Below are positions 28,201-38,723 of a stretch of 64,000 bases of DNA, piece after piece. The stretch is taken from positions 1 through 64,000 of IMG/VR virus record IMGVR_UViG_3300023184_000094; one strand, given 5' to 3'. The notes under the pieces are model-generated. The model searched no databases. It had not been told where the DNA came from and saw nothing but the letters and a program-made list of their open reading frames with translations. This DNA comes from a virus. The translations under genes were made by a program, and so were the position numbers. The number at the start of each line of letters is the position of its first letter. Position 1 is the first letter of the stretch.

Positions 28201-31200
28201 AGATACGTAACCATTTAGTAGCATTGGCACAGAACAGCACCATCGTTGAAGGTAATATCCTAGGACAAAGTAATCTTAGAGACATTGATATTAAACAACA
28301 AGGTGGCACGATCCTACAACATAGTAGTCCAACACCTTATGCAAGTTTGTTCTTGATTGACAAAACAGCTAATTATGTAAATGCATTGCGTTATGCACAA
28401 CAAGAATATACTAAATTTAAGAATAAGTTTTTAGAACTCAGCACCTCCTTGCCTGGCATACAACCAACAGATCCAGCGACCAGTGTTGATCTTATATTAG
28501 CTAAAATTAATCAAGTTAAGAATAAATCATTCCCTTGGTTCTACAGTGATATGGTGCCATATGGCACTTTAATTAATATCGTCAGCCAACAACCGGGTGT
28601 AGATGGGTTCTTAGTATTTGACCCATTGAAAACCAACTATGAAATCACCAACATATTCAATAGTCAAGAACTTAGTAATAAGGCAGTATTAGTCTATCGC
28701 AATGGTGTGCAGTTACTTAACAATGTTGACTATGCATTTAATACCACAACCCCATCGATTGACTTCTTGATTGGTCTGGAAATAGATGATGTCATCAAGA
28801 TCGTAGAATACAGTAATACCGACGGTAACTATATTCCAGAGACTCCTACTAAACTAGGCTTATGGCCAATTTTCCGTCCAGAGATATTCTTAGATGATAC
28901 CTATAGAACACCAACTACTGTTATTAGGGGTCACGATGGTAGTATTACACCAGCATTCGATGACTTCCGTGATGACTTTTTATTAGAGTTAGAAAAACGT
29001 ATCTACAACAATATCAAGTTACCATTGAGCGGCACATTTGGTGATATATTCCGAGTCATACCGGGCAGGTTTAGAACTAGCGAATATACCCTGGCTGAAA
29101 TTGACCAATTAGCATCTATCTATTTCTTAAACTGGATTGGAAACAATAAACTAGATTTCAGCACCAATGATACATTTGAACCCAATGATCCATTTACTTG
29201 GAACTATGCAGGCAGCACTGATGTTATCGATGGTGCAAACTTACCGGGTAGTTGGCGTGCTTGTTATCAATACTACTATGATACTATCCGACCACACATC
29301 ACACCTTGGGAAATGTTGGGATTCTCATCTGAACCAGATTGGTGGCAATCATACTATGGTCCTGGACCATACACCGGTGGTAACAAACTCTTATGGGATA
29401 ATCTAGAAGCAGGTCTTATCGTTGCTGGATTCCGCCAAGGTGTAGACCTAAACTATAAACGTCCAGGACTGAGCCAGATCATTCCGGTAGACGTAAATGG
29501 TAATCTATTAAGTCCACAACAGATATTAACACGCTCGCTGAATACTAAACGAGCGGCAGCAGCCTGGCAGGTAGGTCAATATGGTCCTGTAGAATTTGCC
29601 TGGCGCTCAAGCAGTGAATTCCCTTATGCTGTCCAGCAAGCTCTGGCATTGGCTAAACCAGCCAAGTATTTTGGATCATTGATAGATACCTACAATTATT
29701 CATACATCAATCCATTATTTACTATACAAGATTCAGCATCTGGGGTAACCACAGGATCTGAACAGTATCTGACTTTAACTACAAATCATCATATTACACA
29801 GAACGTTATCCAGTTCAATGGTGATACGAGTTCAGGCACATTATATAGAGGTGCAGGCTATTTAAACTGGATCGCTGATTATCTTATCAGCCAAGGTATT
29901 AATCCTTCTTCGTATATCTCACCATTGCTAAAAAATTTCCAAGTTAACCTAGCCTACAAGGTTGCAGGATTCACTGATCAAAAATATCTAGAAGTATTAG
30001 CTGAACAGGTCAGCCCTACTAGCACCAATGCCAGCGTATTAATACCAAACGAAAACTACGGTGTTTATCTAAATGAAAATCCCGTGCCCATTGACAAGTT
30101 GATCTATAGTGCAGTTATCGTTGAAAAGACTGATCTTGGTTGGACTGTCAGAGGTTACGATTTATTCAACAGTTTCTTTACTATCATTCCAAGCATAGTC
30201 AATAGTAATGCCTATAGAATAACTGTGTTGAACAGCAGTGCTACGATATTCAACAACTACCAAAACTTAAAATTAAATGTGCCATATGGTCATGAATTTA
30301 CCACAGCACAACAGGTAGCAGACTTCTTGATAGGCTATGAACGTTATCTGATAGCACAAGGCTTTACATTCACTGATTCAGATCCGATGCTAAATGAAAT
30401 GCGTGATTGGAAACTATCAGTTAAAGAATTCTTGTATTGGATACAACAAGGTTGGCGAGCAGGCAGTATTATCGTATTATCACCAGTGGCTGATAGTATC
30501 AGTGCTGTAACGATTGGGGCCATCACTGATGGAATCGAAGACAGCCAATATGCCAGCAAGGTATTAGATCAGAACTTTAATTTGGTTAGAAATAACAATT
30601 ACAATGTCATGCGATCAGCTACAGAGTTTAAACTTAATTTTACTGATCCTGCAACAGTCATAGGATATATTGAAGTTGATCTAGTGCAGTATGAACATGC
30701 CTTGGTGTTTGATAATGTCACAGTGTTCAATGATGTCATCTATCAACCAGAAAGCGGTAATAGACAGTTTAGATTAAAACTGGTAGGGCAAAAAACAGCA
30801 GCGTGGAATGGTAGTTTATCGGCTCCTGGATTCATCTACAATTCCGGAGTAGTCGCAAATTGGAATCAAGGTAAAGATTATCTGCAAGGTGATCTGGTCC
30901 AATACAAAAGCCAATATTATACTGCTTTGGTAGATGTAGTGGCCAGCACATCATTTGAATTCCAATACTGGCAACAGATTGATCAAACAAAAATACAAAA
31001 AGGTCTGTTACCTAATTTCTCAACACTAGCAGTGCAATCAAAATCATTCTATAACTCATATGCCGAGATCAAAGATCAAGATCAGATGAGTTACAGCCAT
31101 GCATTAATTGGCTTTAAACCGAGACAATATCTATCAGACCTTGGTGTAACAGAAACTACACAGATAGAATTCTACAAAGGATTTATCGCACAGAAAGGTA

Positions 31201-34200
31201 CTGCTAATGCTGTTAATCAGATGCTTAAAGCTACATTTAATAACCTAAGTAGCGATATTAATTTCTACGAAGAATGGGCCATGCGTGTTGGTGAATATGG
31301 TGCATTGGATACTAACCCGTTTGTAGAGATCCCATTGAATGAAAGCGCATTTGGTGTTAATCCAAGTGTGGCAAGATTTGTTGGTGAAGCTGATAATAAT
31401 CTAGCTGACGGCACTACAGTATTCAATCAATCACAGCTTTATAAATCTTACGGAACATATACCGGTAATATAGCACTTAATAGGACTGCGCACAGCGACT
31501 ATGACAATGATATTCCAACAGCAGGATATGTCAACGTTGATGATGTTGATACGCAGATATTTGATCTAGCTAACTATCAAGATCTAGATGGTCAGATAGC
31601 CAACATGGGCAGTGGGTATACTATATGGTGTGCTAAAGACTTTAGCCAACAGTGGAATGTCTATCGTGTAACAGAAACTAATAATTTTGTAACACAGGTC
31701 GCTAATGCTCTCAATGGATATATAACATTTACCACACAAGATCCTCACAAATTTATCGCAGGTAGTGTATTCCTAGTCAAAGACTTTGATCCAGCATTTG
31801 ATGGATTCTATCAAGTATATAAGGTAATGACAGCATCTAGTGTCATGGTAACCTATGCAGGCAGCACAGCTAATCTAACTACCCAAGATGGTCTAGGTGT
31901 ATTATTCCGTATGGACAGTATGCGATTTACCTATATGGAAGACAGTCGTGTTTATGGCTTATTAAATCCACCCAATGGATGGAAAGTTGGTGATAAGATT
32001 TGGATCGATGACGACGCTGCTACAAATGCAGTGCAAGGTCAACCATATGGATCACAACCAAGTGGCACCTGGAAAGTCTATGAGAAACAACATCCGTGGG
32101 CAATAGAACAACAATTAACTAAACAATCAGGTGAATACAGCGCCGGAGATGGATTTGGATCAAGCGTGAAAATGTCTGGTGACGGATTGATAGTGGTCAC
32201 CGGAGCACCAAACTCTAACAGCAATGTTGGTGTAGTTAATACATTCTTAAAAGATTTTGAAGGAGTGTTCCAAGAAAGTTTCAGTATCAGTCCACTGAGC
32301 GCAAATACTCGAGCATTTGGTCACGCTGTTGATCTTGGCACTGATCCATCCTCTAATACAGTATTAGCAGTTGGTGCTCCAAAGAGCTATGGCAATGTGG
32401 GTTATGTCTACGTCTATTACAAATCAGAATTTGCCACTGCGTTTGATCGTAGTCAGATCATCGTAGGTAATGTGTTGTCTCAAGGACAGTTTGGCCACAG
32501 CCTAGCATTTAGTCAAACAGGTGATTGGTTGTATGTGGGTGCACCTGGTGATACTGCAATATCTAGCGGTAATGTCCATGTCTATGGTCTCAACAGATAC
32601 ATTCCAGTTGCAGAACAGATAACTTCAGTTAGTAGTTTATATACATTGACATTAAGTTCAGCTCTAGGTACTACAGCCAATGTCGGTGATATAATCACAC
32701 AGGCTGCCACTGGTGCACAAGCTACTATTACCTATGTTGAAAGTGCCAGCTCTTATCAAGTAGATAATGTAATTAACTTTGTTTATGATGCAAACGTAGC
32801 TGTTGGAAATGCTAACATATCAGCTAAACTTAGTATCACCACCGGCGGGTTCTTGTCTAATGTAGATGCATATCCGTTAACTTCAAATACCTATGCTGTG
32901 ACTAGTAACATATTCTTAACAGCATTTACTCCAGCCGTCACTAATGATCCAAGTTCACTATTGATTACCAATGCGACCAAGACATTTATTCCAAATCTTG
33001 ATTATTATCTAAATGGAACAACGATCAACTTTGTCAACAATGGTAATGTCGCAAACCCACAAAAACTTGATACTGGTACTATAAGCATTAAACAGAAACC
33101 GTATTATCAATTATTAACGACATTGACATTACCAACCAGCAACACTGGGGCACAATTTGGCTTTGCATTGTCAAGCAGTTTCGATGGCGCACAACTAGCA
33201 GTTGGCACACCTAACGATAATATCGTTGGTACCGGAGGTGATCTTAAGATTGGTGCAGGTAGTGTTTATGTATATGATCGTGTGATCGAAGCATTTAACA
33301 CAGTTATAGATGCTGATCCGAGCACTGGTGGTCAAGACTACACTACAGAGAATCCAATCGCATCAGTCCACAAAGTGACTATAGATAACGTTGAAGTTAC
33401 TAACTATACTGTCGTTGGTACTAACAAGATCAGATTTATTACTCCGCCACCAATCGGTCGCGTCCTATACGTTGAAGTTAATCAGTTTAATCTATTAGAA
33501 AGATTGATCGGAGTAGACAGCTTAGAAGGTGGCCTTGCTGCGATCCAAAGTAATGCGGCATTCGGAACTAGCTTAACGATCTGTTCAAACAACTGTGCGA
33601 TCTATGTAGGTGCGCCTAACTATGATAATGGCACAGAATATAATAGTGGTGCTGTCTGGAAATTCCATAACAGAGGTCGACTATATGGTACCAACACTGG
33701 TTATACTGTAAACCCAGTGTTTATGCCTGGTGATAAGATTCGTCTAGACAACTTTGAGATCACTGTCAGTGGTCGTTGGATGCCTGCTACTATTGGTAAT
33801 ATTCTAACATTGAGCAGTAATGTCCGTGCTAATGTTGGCGATTATATCACGCAGACTGTATCTGCTACAGGTGTGGCTAATGTAACAGTATTGGTTGATA
33901 CTCCTGCAACCGGAAGTAAATTTATCACAGTTGGTGATTATAATAATGCTAATGTCTTCAGTTGGTCATCAGGCAATGTTGTTAGTGTTGTCTATGGTGC
34001 TGCAGTCACAACAACCACAGCGCAGTTAAGAGCCAGCTTAGATAGTTTAGTCAAAGACATCAATGACGCGAATCTATTAGGTATTTCAGCAGTTAATCAA
34101 GCAGGTAGATTAAGATTAAATTCTGACAGCACCAAAGCTAAAAACCTACTACGTATCCTATCAGGTAGTAACCAACCTAACAGCCCAGGTGTGTATGCCG

Positions 34201-37200
34201 ATGCTGATTTGATCATATTTGCATTCATGCAGATCATCGTCAATCCGTATGGCGCACCAGGCGAATACTTTGGTAACAAAGTCAAGCTGGCAGCAAATGC
34301 GTATATGTTGGTCATTGGCAGTGCCCGTGGAACCACAAAAGAATTTACTACGTTTGATGTGTCTACTACCCCACTTGGCACTACCATGGATCAAAGCACT
34401 ACGAGATTGTATGACAGCATATACGGTAGTGGCAGTGTGTATGTTTATGAATTGTATGATGATCCACGTAATGCTGTAGAAGATCCAGGTCGTTATAGTT
34501 TTGCACAACAGATAGATCCAGGTAGTTTGACCGCTGGTGCACAATTTGGTTATAGTCTAGACATTGAAGGAACATTTATCACAGTATCTGCTCCAGGTAC
34601 CACCCTAAGTAGCAAACCTGCACAGTCTGGAACTGTTTATATATTTGCTAACCCAATAATGACACGTGGTTGGGAACTTATCCGTTACCAACAACCTAAA
34701 GTAGACCTTGATAGTATCAGTCGTGGTTATCTATACGATAACACAACCAGCTTGATCAAATATAATCTACAGTTTATTGATCCTGCTAAAGGCCGCATCC
34801 TAGGACAAGCCGAACAAGAAATTTCATTCAAAACAGAATATGACCCTGCTATCTATAACAGAGGAACTAATCCTAAAGCAGATATCAATCAGAACGTCTA
34901 TTGGGGCAACAACCAAGTTGGCCAAGTATGGTGGAATCTTGCTAAACTCAGATACATCGACTACGAACAAGATACATTAACCTATCGTAGTTTATACTGG
35001 GGGCAACTATTCCCAGGATCAACAGTTGAAGTCCTTGAATGGGTGAGAAGCAATTATCTACCAAGCCAATATGCGGCTAATGGCGGTGATGGCATACCTG
35101 AATATGCAGATGACAGTGCCTACGTAGAAGAAATCTTTGTAGATCCGGTGACTAGCATCATCGTCACCCGTTACTACTATTGGGTTAAGAATAAAACCAG
35201 CGTTGATCCAAATAACCCAAGTAGGAAGTTACCAGTTAGTGCTATCACAGACTATATACTAAATCCTAAAAATCAAAACATTGCCTTTGCTGCGGTGATA
35301 CGCAATGATGCTTTAGCATTCTATAATGTCAGTAATTATCTGTCAGCTGATAATACTATCATGCATCTTGATCATCAATTGATGATTAATACTGATATCA
35401 TACACAGTGAATATGAGCTAGTGCAACAAGGCAATCCAAAGAATCTCATACCTACCAAGATAGTTAATAAATTAATTGACAGTCTAAGTGGTATAGATCA
35501 ATCAGGTGCGACAGTGCCGGATCCAAGACTAAGTCAAGCTGACAGATATGGTATCAGCTTTAGACCAAGACAAAATATGTTTGTTGATAGACTACAAGCT
35601 GTCAACGAGATGGTAAGTTTTGTCAATGATATATTTGCTGTTAACCCTATAACTGAACAATTTGATCTAACAGGATTAAATGCACAAGAATCTACACCTA
35701 GCTACAAGAAAGGTGAATACGATCAAGGAGTGACAACTGAAATAGAATTGTCTTATATCAATACAGATGAACTCACTCCCGGATATCGAGTATTAGTAAA
35801 CAACGATACAGCCCAGAATGGTCTTTGGGTATTATACCAATTATCAGAATCTAAGACTTGGGAAATCATCAAAGTCCAAAGTTATAAGACCAGTTTGTAT
35901 TGGAACTATGTTGATTGGTATGCTGACGGATATACCTCAGCGACTAAACCGGACTTCAGTGTTACCACTACTAATGATGCATTAAAATTACGTGCTGTTG
36001 GTGGAGAGATTATTTACATCAGTAATGCTACGGGTGCAGGTACTTGGCAATTGGTTGTAGTCCAAGATGATGGAACATTGCAGGTAGTAGGTATACAAAA
36101 TGGCACTATACAGCTCAATACATCATTGGGTGATTTTGCAGGCAATGGGTTAGGCTTTAGTAATCAAGACTTTGACAGCAACAGATTTGACCAGAACCCC
36201 AACAATGAAATCCGTGCTATCGTAGAGTCATTGAATAACGAACTGTTTACCAACACCTTAGAAGGTGAGTTTAACAACATGTTCTTTATTCTAGTTAACT
36301 ATCTATTGACAGAACAAAATTATGTTGACTGGTTATTTAAATCTAGCTTTATCAGTGTCACACATAAATTAAGATCATTAGCACAGTTCCCAAGCTATGT
36401 GGTTGACAATCAGACCTACTATCAAGACTATATTGATGAAGTTAAACCTTATAGAACTAAGATACGTGAATATTTAATTGACTATACTGGTGACGACACA
36501 TATGAAGGCAGCGTCACAGACTTTGACTTACCAGCTTACTATGACACATCAACTGGTTACGGTATATTCCGTAGTCCAAGCGGTGAAGTTCCTTATGTTG
36601 AAGAGGATGAAGCGACCTGGCAGACATTCCCATACAATCAATGGTATGCTAATAGAAATCTAGTAGTATCAAGTATACAATTAGAAAGCGGTGGAGCCAA
36701 TTATGCTACTCCGCCTACAGTGACTATCTCTAGCCTAGATGGCAATGGTAGTGGCGCCGCTGCTACAGCAGTCATAGATGGTAACACTGGCGCTATACTA
36801 TCAATCACCTTAACTAGCGCAGGCTTTGGATATACCACAACACCAAGAGTGACGATCAATGGTAGTTCTACCACACAGGCTAATGCCTATGCAGTGATGA
36901 AGAGTCCATTTGCTCGTAGCTTTGATACCAAGATGAAGTTTGACCGTATCAGTTATGACAGCACAGTTCAACGTTGGGCAGCTAATACAACCTATACAGC
37001 AGGACAGATCGTCAGCTATGCATTCCAAGATGGCAACGTGATGATACGTAAGGCCTATAGTGTAAACTCAAACATTACCACAGCTTCTACATTTATTCCA
37101 AGTGACTATACTGAGTATTCAGCAAACGCATTTAGTAATGCCAACGATCGTATAGTCGGGTTCTATGAGCCAACTGATATGATGCCAGCTATTGATGTTA

Positions 37201-38723
37201 TATCTGTGCCGGTAACATTAGCTAACACTGCCGCTGATACTGATACAATCTATGTATTCAATTCTCCAGCACTACTACCGGGTATGTATATTACCAGCAA
37301 CGATGTTGAAGCAGGATACATAGCCAACATAGTATCTAATGTTGTATTGATGGTCAACAGTCGTGGCACTATCACTGCTGATGTTGCTAATAACAGCACA
37401 GCTATTTCGGGCATAACCGGCAATATCCATCCATCATTTGAAACTTCTCCACAAGTGGGCGAATACGTCAGTGGCGTCGGTATACCGTTTGAAACTACTA
37501 TCGTAAATAATAGTTGGTTCGCTAATAGTTTGAATTTAAGTAATCCTGCTACGATCACAGCCAATGCTGAACCGATCAGTTACGGTGGTATACCGATCAA
37601 AGTTACACAGATCAAACTTACAGTAAATGTTACGCTTAACACAGATGATACTATAACAGCAAACTATGATAATCTAAGTCCGTTGATAACCGGCATTGAT
37701 TACCCACAGTTACCTGTGCAAGGTGCTGACTTTAGTCTAAGCCCATTATATGGACGTAGATATGACGTTGCATCATATGATGCTGTCCAATACAGCAGTG
37801 ACGGTCTAGCACTATTATCTACTAGAAACTTAGATGTGGCTATGTATAGCCTATACAGTCAACTCAGTCTAGGAACAGCTCCAGAAGATATCATCACCGA
37901 TGGCGGTGCCTATGTTGATACCAATCACAGCCATGCTCCAGAAGAACTAGTTCCAGGTAGGACCTATGATACCTTAGACATGCGAGTCTATACTAAGATC
38001 AATGCCAACGCTAATATCATAGCCTATCGCGTGTTTGATAACATGATGGATGAAACCAACTATCTACGTATATCGAGCGCGGCTACTACTACCTTAGAGC
38101 TACCTTTACAGTTAACAGACAGCGAAATTTTCGTAGTTGATGCAACAGTATTACCAACACCTAGCACATTATATGCACGTCCTGGGGTGGTATTCATCAA
38201 CGGTGAACGCATAACTTATTATACTAAAACCGTATATAGTCCAGTTGCTTGGACTACTAATACCAGCTACCCGATTGGTACAGCTATCAGCAACAGTGGA
38301 ATTAACTATAGGACCACAGGTAATGTTAATGCTCCTGATAATTTTGGCAATGCCCATGTCCAAGCGAACATTTCTGTATTACCAGGATTAAATGTTCTAG
38401 GACAGCTACGTAGGGGAACACAGGGAACAGGTGCTTATCTAGAACATGGTGCAGGTGCACAGGTCGTCGATGCTAGTTCAGCACAGACTATACCAGGTAC
38501 GTTTGCTGGAAATCTAATGGTATTTGCTAATGTATTATACAACAGCGGATCAGGAACTGCTATAGATGGAACGGGGTTAACTGGATCAACTACACCTGGT
38601 GCATTGTTCCTAAAAGCCAACATAGCACCGATAGTTGAAACATCTCAAGGCCTGAGCTCAGAAGATGCGATAAATACATTAACCACTGAAAGTAATGTAG
38701 AAATTTACACCGAGGATATATAA
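25218..38723 (+). CDS. Giant virion structural protein (baseplate wedge/receptor-binding) with FG-GAP propeller and CBM-like motifs
   Basis: Uninterrupted 4501-aa ORF following gp6; seven FG...GAP-like repeats; three W-x5-Y-x2-G motifs; YIDEVKPYRTKIR motif near the C-terminus. Confidence 0.75.
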   Translation: MAERKTYNFLPTTFRSDTNQKFLAATMDQLVSEPNFTTLYGYIGRRFAPTYKSTDSYVLEDTAVRQDYQLEPSVVIRDQQNNITFFATYVDLLEKISYYGGITTDQNRLFEQEYYTFDPRISYDKFVNFSQYYWLPDGPDFVEVNTTGLDLSIDYVVTRDAANGRYIFKSNGVVDNSIILARGGSYTFTVDQPGVPFWLQTELGVDGVISATPTLSSRDILGIQNNGIDVGTITFDVPQTSAQDRFIAQQLVYTVDYATPFNTLPFSRFHNQLVSTFLANYPQYGGITGQLNGKHLVFVNVQLATNVGEEVWTYPEVVVDTLPATAGASGTNVITLSSTDKLIANLAVSGTGVPSGTTIVSVDSANANVTLSANLTTTASGAYTFTAPNFDAGYVVPDDQRYGVFRVVYVDAGIKNADGSTDYVTRLVFEQAVNVDEKVYVRFGVANANKEYYKDYDGFMKQVPIITCQLNNLWIQDGTRADIYKNVQLVNYNGWTIDVDTDIIGQLAYTSPNGVNFTSGLKIQFAEDVTPTSYQNRQFYVEQVGDTSQYNGGIRLVPVDELITPEAYNAELALNYPNEIFPDYITINRASVDRNAWSRNNRWFHIDVVLLTAEYNGTQPTIDQASRAQRPIVQFDCDLQLINEGRIGLDHIDILDTSTKNAFTELQGQTYAIAFGVTLFDGLRVIFAADEDPLVRNKIYVVSLVQYEVDDQQLPTGPYHIELSLADDGDVATYSTVVVAIGQYKGSQWWYDGVTWNASQTKSALQQPPLFDILDASGKSFSTYTRSTFTGTEIFGYVRATSGTTDPILSKGIIPTIYDSNNNPVTNFYLSYKTFTTQGDIKFQNYFNTDTFSYVNANDIITTQLINTGYIQKILAAETLQPKNTWDTVPEPSHQYQQISYIFDGTNNPFVVDIVPEVEASIPYTKVFQNFQYLQPTDWTLANSAVRLSTSLTVGDQVDILIYSQQISKLGFYQVPQNLDLNAQNIDIDTLTLGQIRNHLVALAQNSTIVEGNILGQSNLRDIDIKQQGGTILQHSSPTPYASLFLIDKTANYVNALRYAQQEYTKFKNKFLELSTSLPGIQPTDPATSVDLILAKINQVKNKSFPWFYSDMVPYGTLINIVSQQPGVDGFLVFDPLKTNYEITNIFNSQELSNKAVLVYRNGVQLLNNVDYAFNTTTPSIDFLIGLEIDDVIKIVEYSNTDGNYIPETPTKLGLWPIFRPEIFLDDTYRTPTTVIRGHDGSITPAFDDFRDDFLLELEKRIYNNIKLPLSGTFGDIFRVIPGRFRTSEYTLAEIDQLASIYFLNWIGNNKLDFSTNDTFEPNDPFTWNYAGSTDVIDGANLPGSWRACYQYYYDTIRPHITPWEMLGFSSEPDWWQSYYGPGPYTGGNKLLWDNLEAGLIVAGFRQGVDLNYKRPGLSQIIPVDVNGNLLSPQQILTRSLNTKRAAAAWQVGQYGPVEFAWRSSSEFPYAVQQALALAKPAKYFGSLIDTYNYSYINPLFTIQDSASGVTTGSEQYLTLTTNHHITQNVIQFNGDTSSGTLYRGAGYLNWIADYLISQGINPSSYISPLLKNFQVNLAYKVAGFTDQKYLEVLAEQVSPTSTNASVLIPNENYGVYLNENPVPIDKLIYSAVIVEKTDLGWTVRGYDLFNSFFTIIPSIVNSNAYRITVLNSSATIFNNYQNLKLNVPYGHEFTTAQQVADFLIGYERYLIAQGFTFTDSDPMLNEMRDWKLSVKEFLYWIQQGWRAGSIIVLSPVADSISAVTIGAITDGIEDSQYASKVLDQNFNLVRNNNYNVMRSATEFKLNFTDPATVIGYIEVDLVQYEHALVFDNVTVFNDVIYQPESGNRQFRLKLVGQKTAAWNGSLSAPGFIYNSGVVANWNQGKDYLQGDLVQYKSQYYTALVDVVASTSFEFQYWQQIDQTKIQKGLLPNFSTLAVQSKSFYNSYAEIKDQDQMSYSHALIGFKPRQYLSDLGVTETTQIEFYKGFIAQKGTANAVNQMLKATFNNLSSDINFYEEWAMRVGEYGALDTNPFVEIPLNESAFGVNPSVARFVGEADNNLADGTTVFNQSQLYKSYGTYTGNIALNRTAHSDYDNDIPTAGYVNVDDVDTQIFDLANYQDLDGQIANMGSGYTIWCAKDFSQQWNVYRVTETNNFVTQVANALNGYITFTTQDPHKFIAGSVFLVKDFDPAFDGFYQVYKVMTASSVMVTYAGSTANLTTQDGLGVLFRMDSMRFTYMEDSRVYGLLNPPNGWKVGDKIWIDDDAATNAVQGQPYGSQPSGTWKVYEKQHPWAIEQQLTKQSGEYSAGDGFGSSVKMSGDGLIVVTGAPNSNSNVGVVNTFLKDFEGVFQESFSISPLSANTRAFGHAVDLGTDPSSNTVLAVGAPKSYGNVGYVYVYYKSEFATAFDRSQIIVGNVLSQGQFGHSLAFSQTGDWLYVGAPGDTAISSGNVHVYGLNRYIPVAEQITSVSSLYTLTLSSALGTTANVGDIITQAATGAQATITYVESASSYQVDNVINFVYDANVAVGNANISAKLSITTGGFLSNVDAYPLTSNTYAVTSNIFLTAFTPAVTNDPSSLLITNATKTFIPNLDYYLNGTTINFVNNGNVANPQKLDTGTISIKQKPYYQLLTTLTLPTSNTGAQFGFALSSSFDGAQLAVGTPNDNIVGTGGDLKIGAGSVYVYDRVIEAFNTVIDADPSTGGQDYTTENPIASVHKVTIDNVEVTNYTVVGTNKIRFITPPPIGRVLYVEVNQFNLLERLIGVDSLEGGLAAIQSNAAFGTSLTICSNNCAIYVGAPNYDNGTEYNSGAVWKFHNRGRLYGTNTGYTVNPVFMPGDKIRLDNFEITVSGRWMPATIGNILTLSSNVRANVGDYITQTVSATGVANVTVLVDTPATGSKFITVGDYNNANVFSWSSGNVVSVVYGAAVTTTTAQLRASLDSLVKDINDANLLGISAVNQAGRLRLNSDSTKAKNLLRILSGSNQPNSPGVYADADLIIFAFMQIIVNPYGAPGEYFGNKVKLAANAYMLVIGSARGTTKEFTTFDVSTTPLGTTMDQSTTRLYDSIYGSGSVYVYELYDDPRNAVEDPGRYSFAQQIDPGSLTAGAQFGYSLDIEGTFITVSAPGTTLSSKPAQSGTVYIFANPIMTRGWELIRYQQPKVDLDSISRGYLYDNTTSLIKYNLQFIDPAKGRILGQAEQEISFKTEYDPAIYNRGTNPKADINQNVYWGNNQVGQVWWNLAKLRYIDYEQDTLTYRSLYWGQLFPGSTVEVLEWVRSNYLPSQYAANGGDGIPEYADDSAYVEEIFVDPVTSIIVTRYYYWVKNKTSVDPNNPSRKLPVSAITDYILNPKNQNIAFAAVIRNDALAFYNVSNYLSADNTIMHLDHQLMINTDIIHSEYELVQQGNPKNLIPTKIVNKLIDSLSGIDQSGATVPDPRLSQADRYGISFRPRQNMFVDRLQAVNEMVSFVNDIFAVNPITEQFDLTGLNAQESTPSYKKGEYDQGVTTEIELSYINTDELTPGYRVLVNNDTAQNGLWVLYQLSESKTWEIIKVQSYKTSLYWNYVDWYADGYTSATKPDFSVTTTNDALKLRAVGGEIIYISNATGAGTWQLVVVQDDGTLQVVGIQNGTIQLNTSLGDFAGNGLGFSNQDFDSNRFDQNPNNEIRAIVESLNNELFTNTLEGEFNNMFFILVNYLLTEQNYVDWLFKSSFISVTHKLRSLAQFPSYVVDNQTYYQDYIDEVKPYRTKIREYLIDYTGDDTYEGSVTDFDLPAYYDTSTGYGIFRSPSGEVPYVEEDEATWQTFPYNQWYANRNLVVSSIQLESGGANYATPPTVTISSLDGNGSGAAATAVIDGNTGAILSITLTSAGFGYTTTPRVTINGSSTTQANAYAVMKSPFARSFDTKMKFDRISYDSTVQRWAANTTYTAGQIVSYAFQDGNVMIRKAYSVNSNITTASTFIPSDYTEYSANAFSNANDRIVGFYEPTDMMPAIDVISVPVTLANTAADTDTIYVFNSPALLPGMYITSNDVEAGYIANIVSNVVLMVNSRGTITADVANNSTAISGITGNIHPSFETSPQVGEYVSGVGIPFETTIVNNSWFANSLNLSNPATITANAEPISYGGIPIKVTQIKLTVNVTLNTDDTITANYDNLSPLITGIDYPQLPVQGADFSLSPLYGRRYDVASYDAVQYSSDGLALLSTRNLDVAMYSLYSQLSLGTAPEDIITDGGAYVDTNHSHAPEELVPGRTYDTLDMRVYTKINANANIIAYRVFDNMMDETNYLRISSAATTTLELPLQLTDSEIFVVDATVLPTPSTLYARPGVVFINGERITYYTKTVYSPVAWTTNTSYPIGTAISNSGINYRTTGNVNAPDNFGNAHVQANISVLPGLNVLGQLRRGTQGTGAYLEHGAGAQVVDASSAQTIPGTFAGNLMVFANVLYNSGSGTAIDGTGLTGSTTPGALFLKANIAPIVETSQGLSSEDAINTLTTESNVEIYTEDI

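Noticed and set aside
25218-38723. Intein or intron explaining the size of the 4501-aa protein
   Set aside because: No intein splice-junction or LAGLIDADG motifs noticed; length is explained by structural repeats and inserts.
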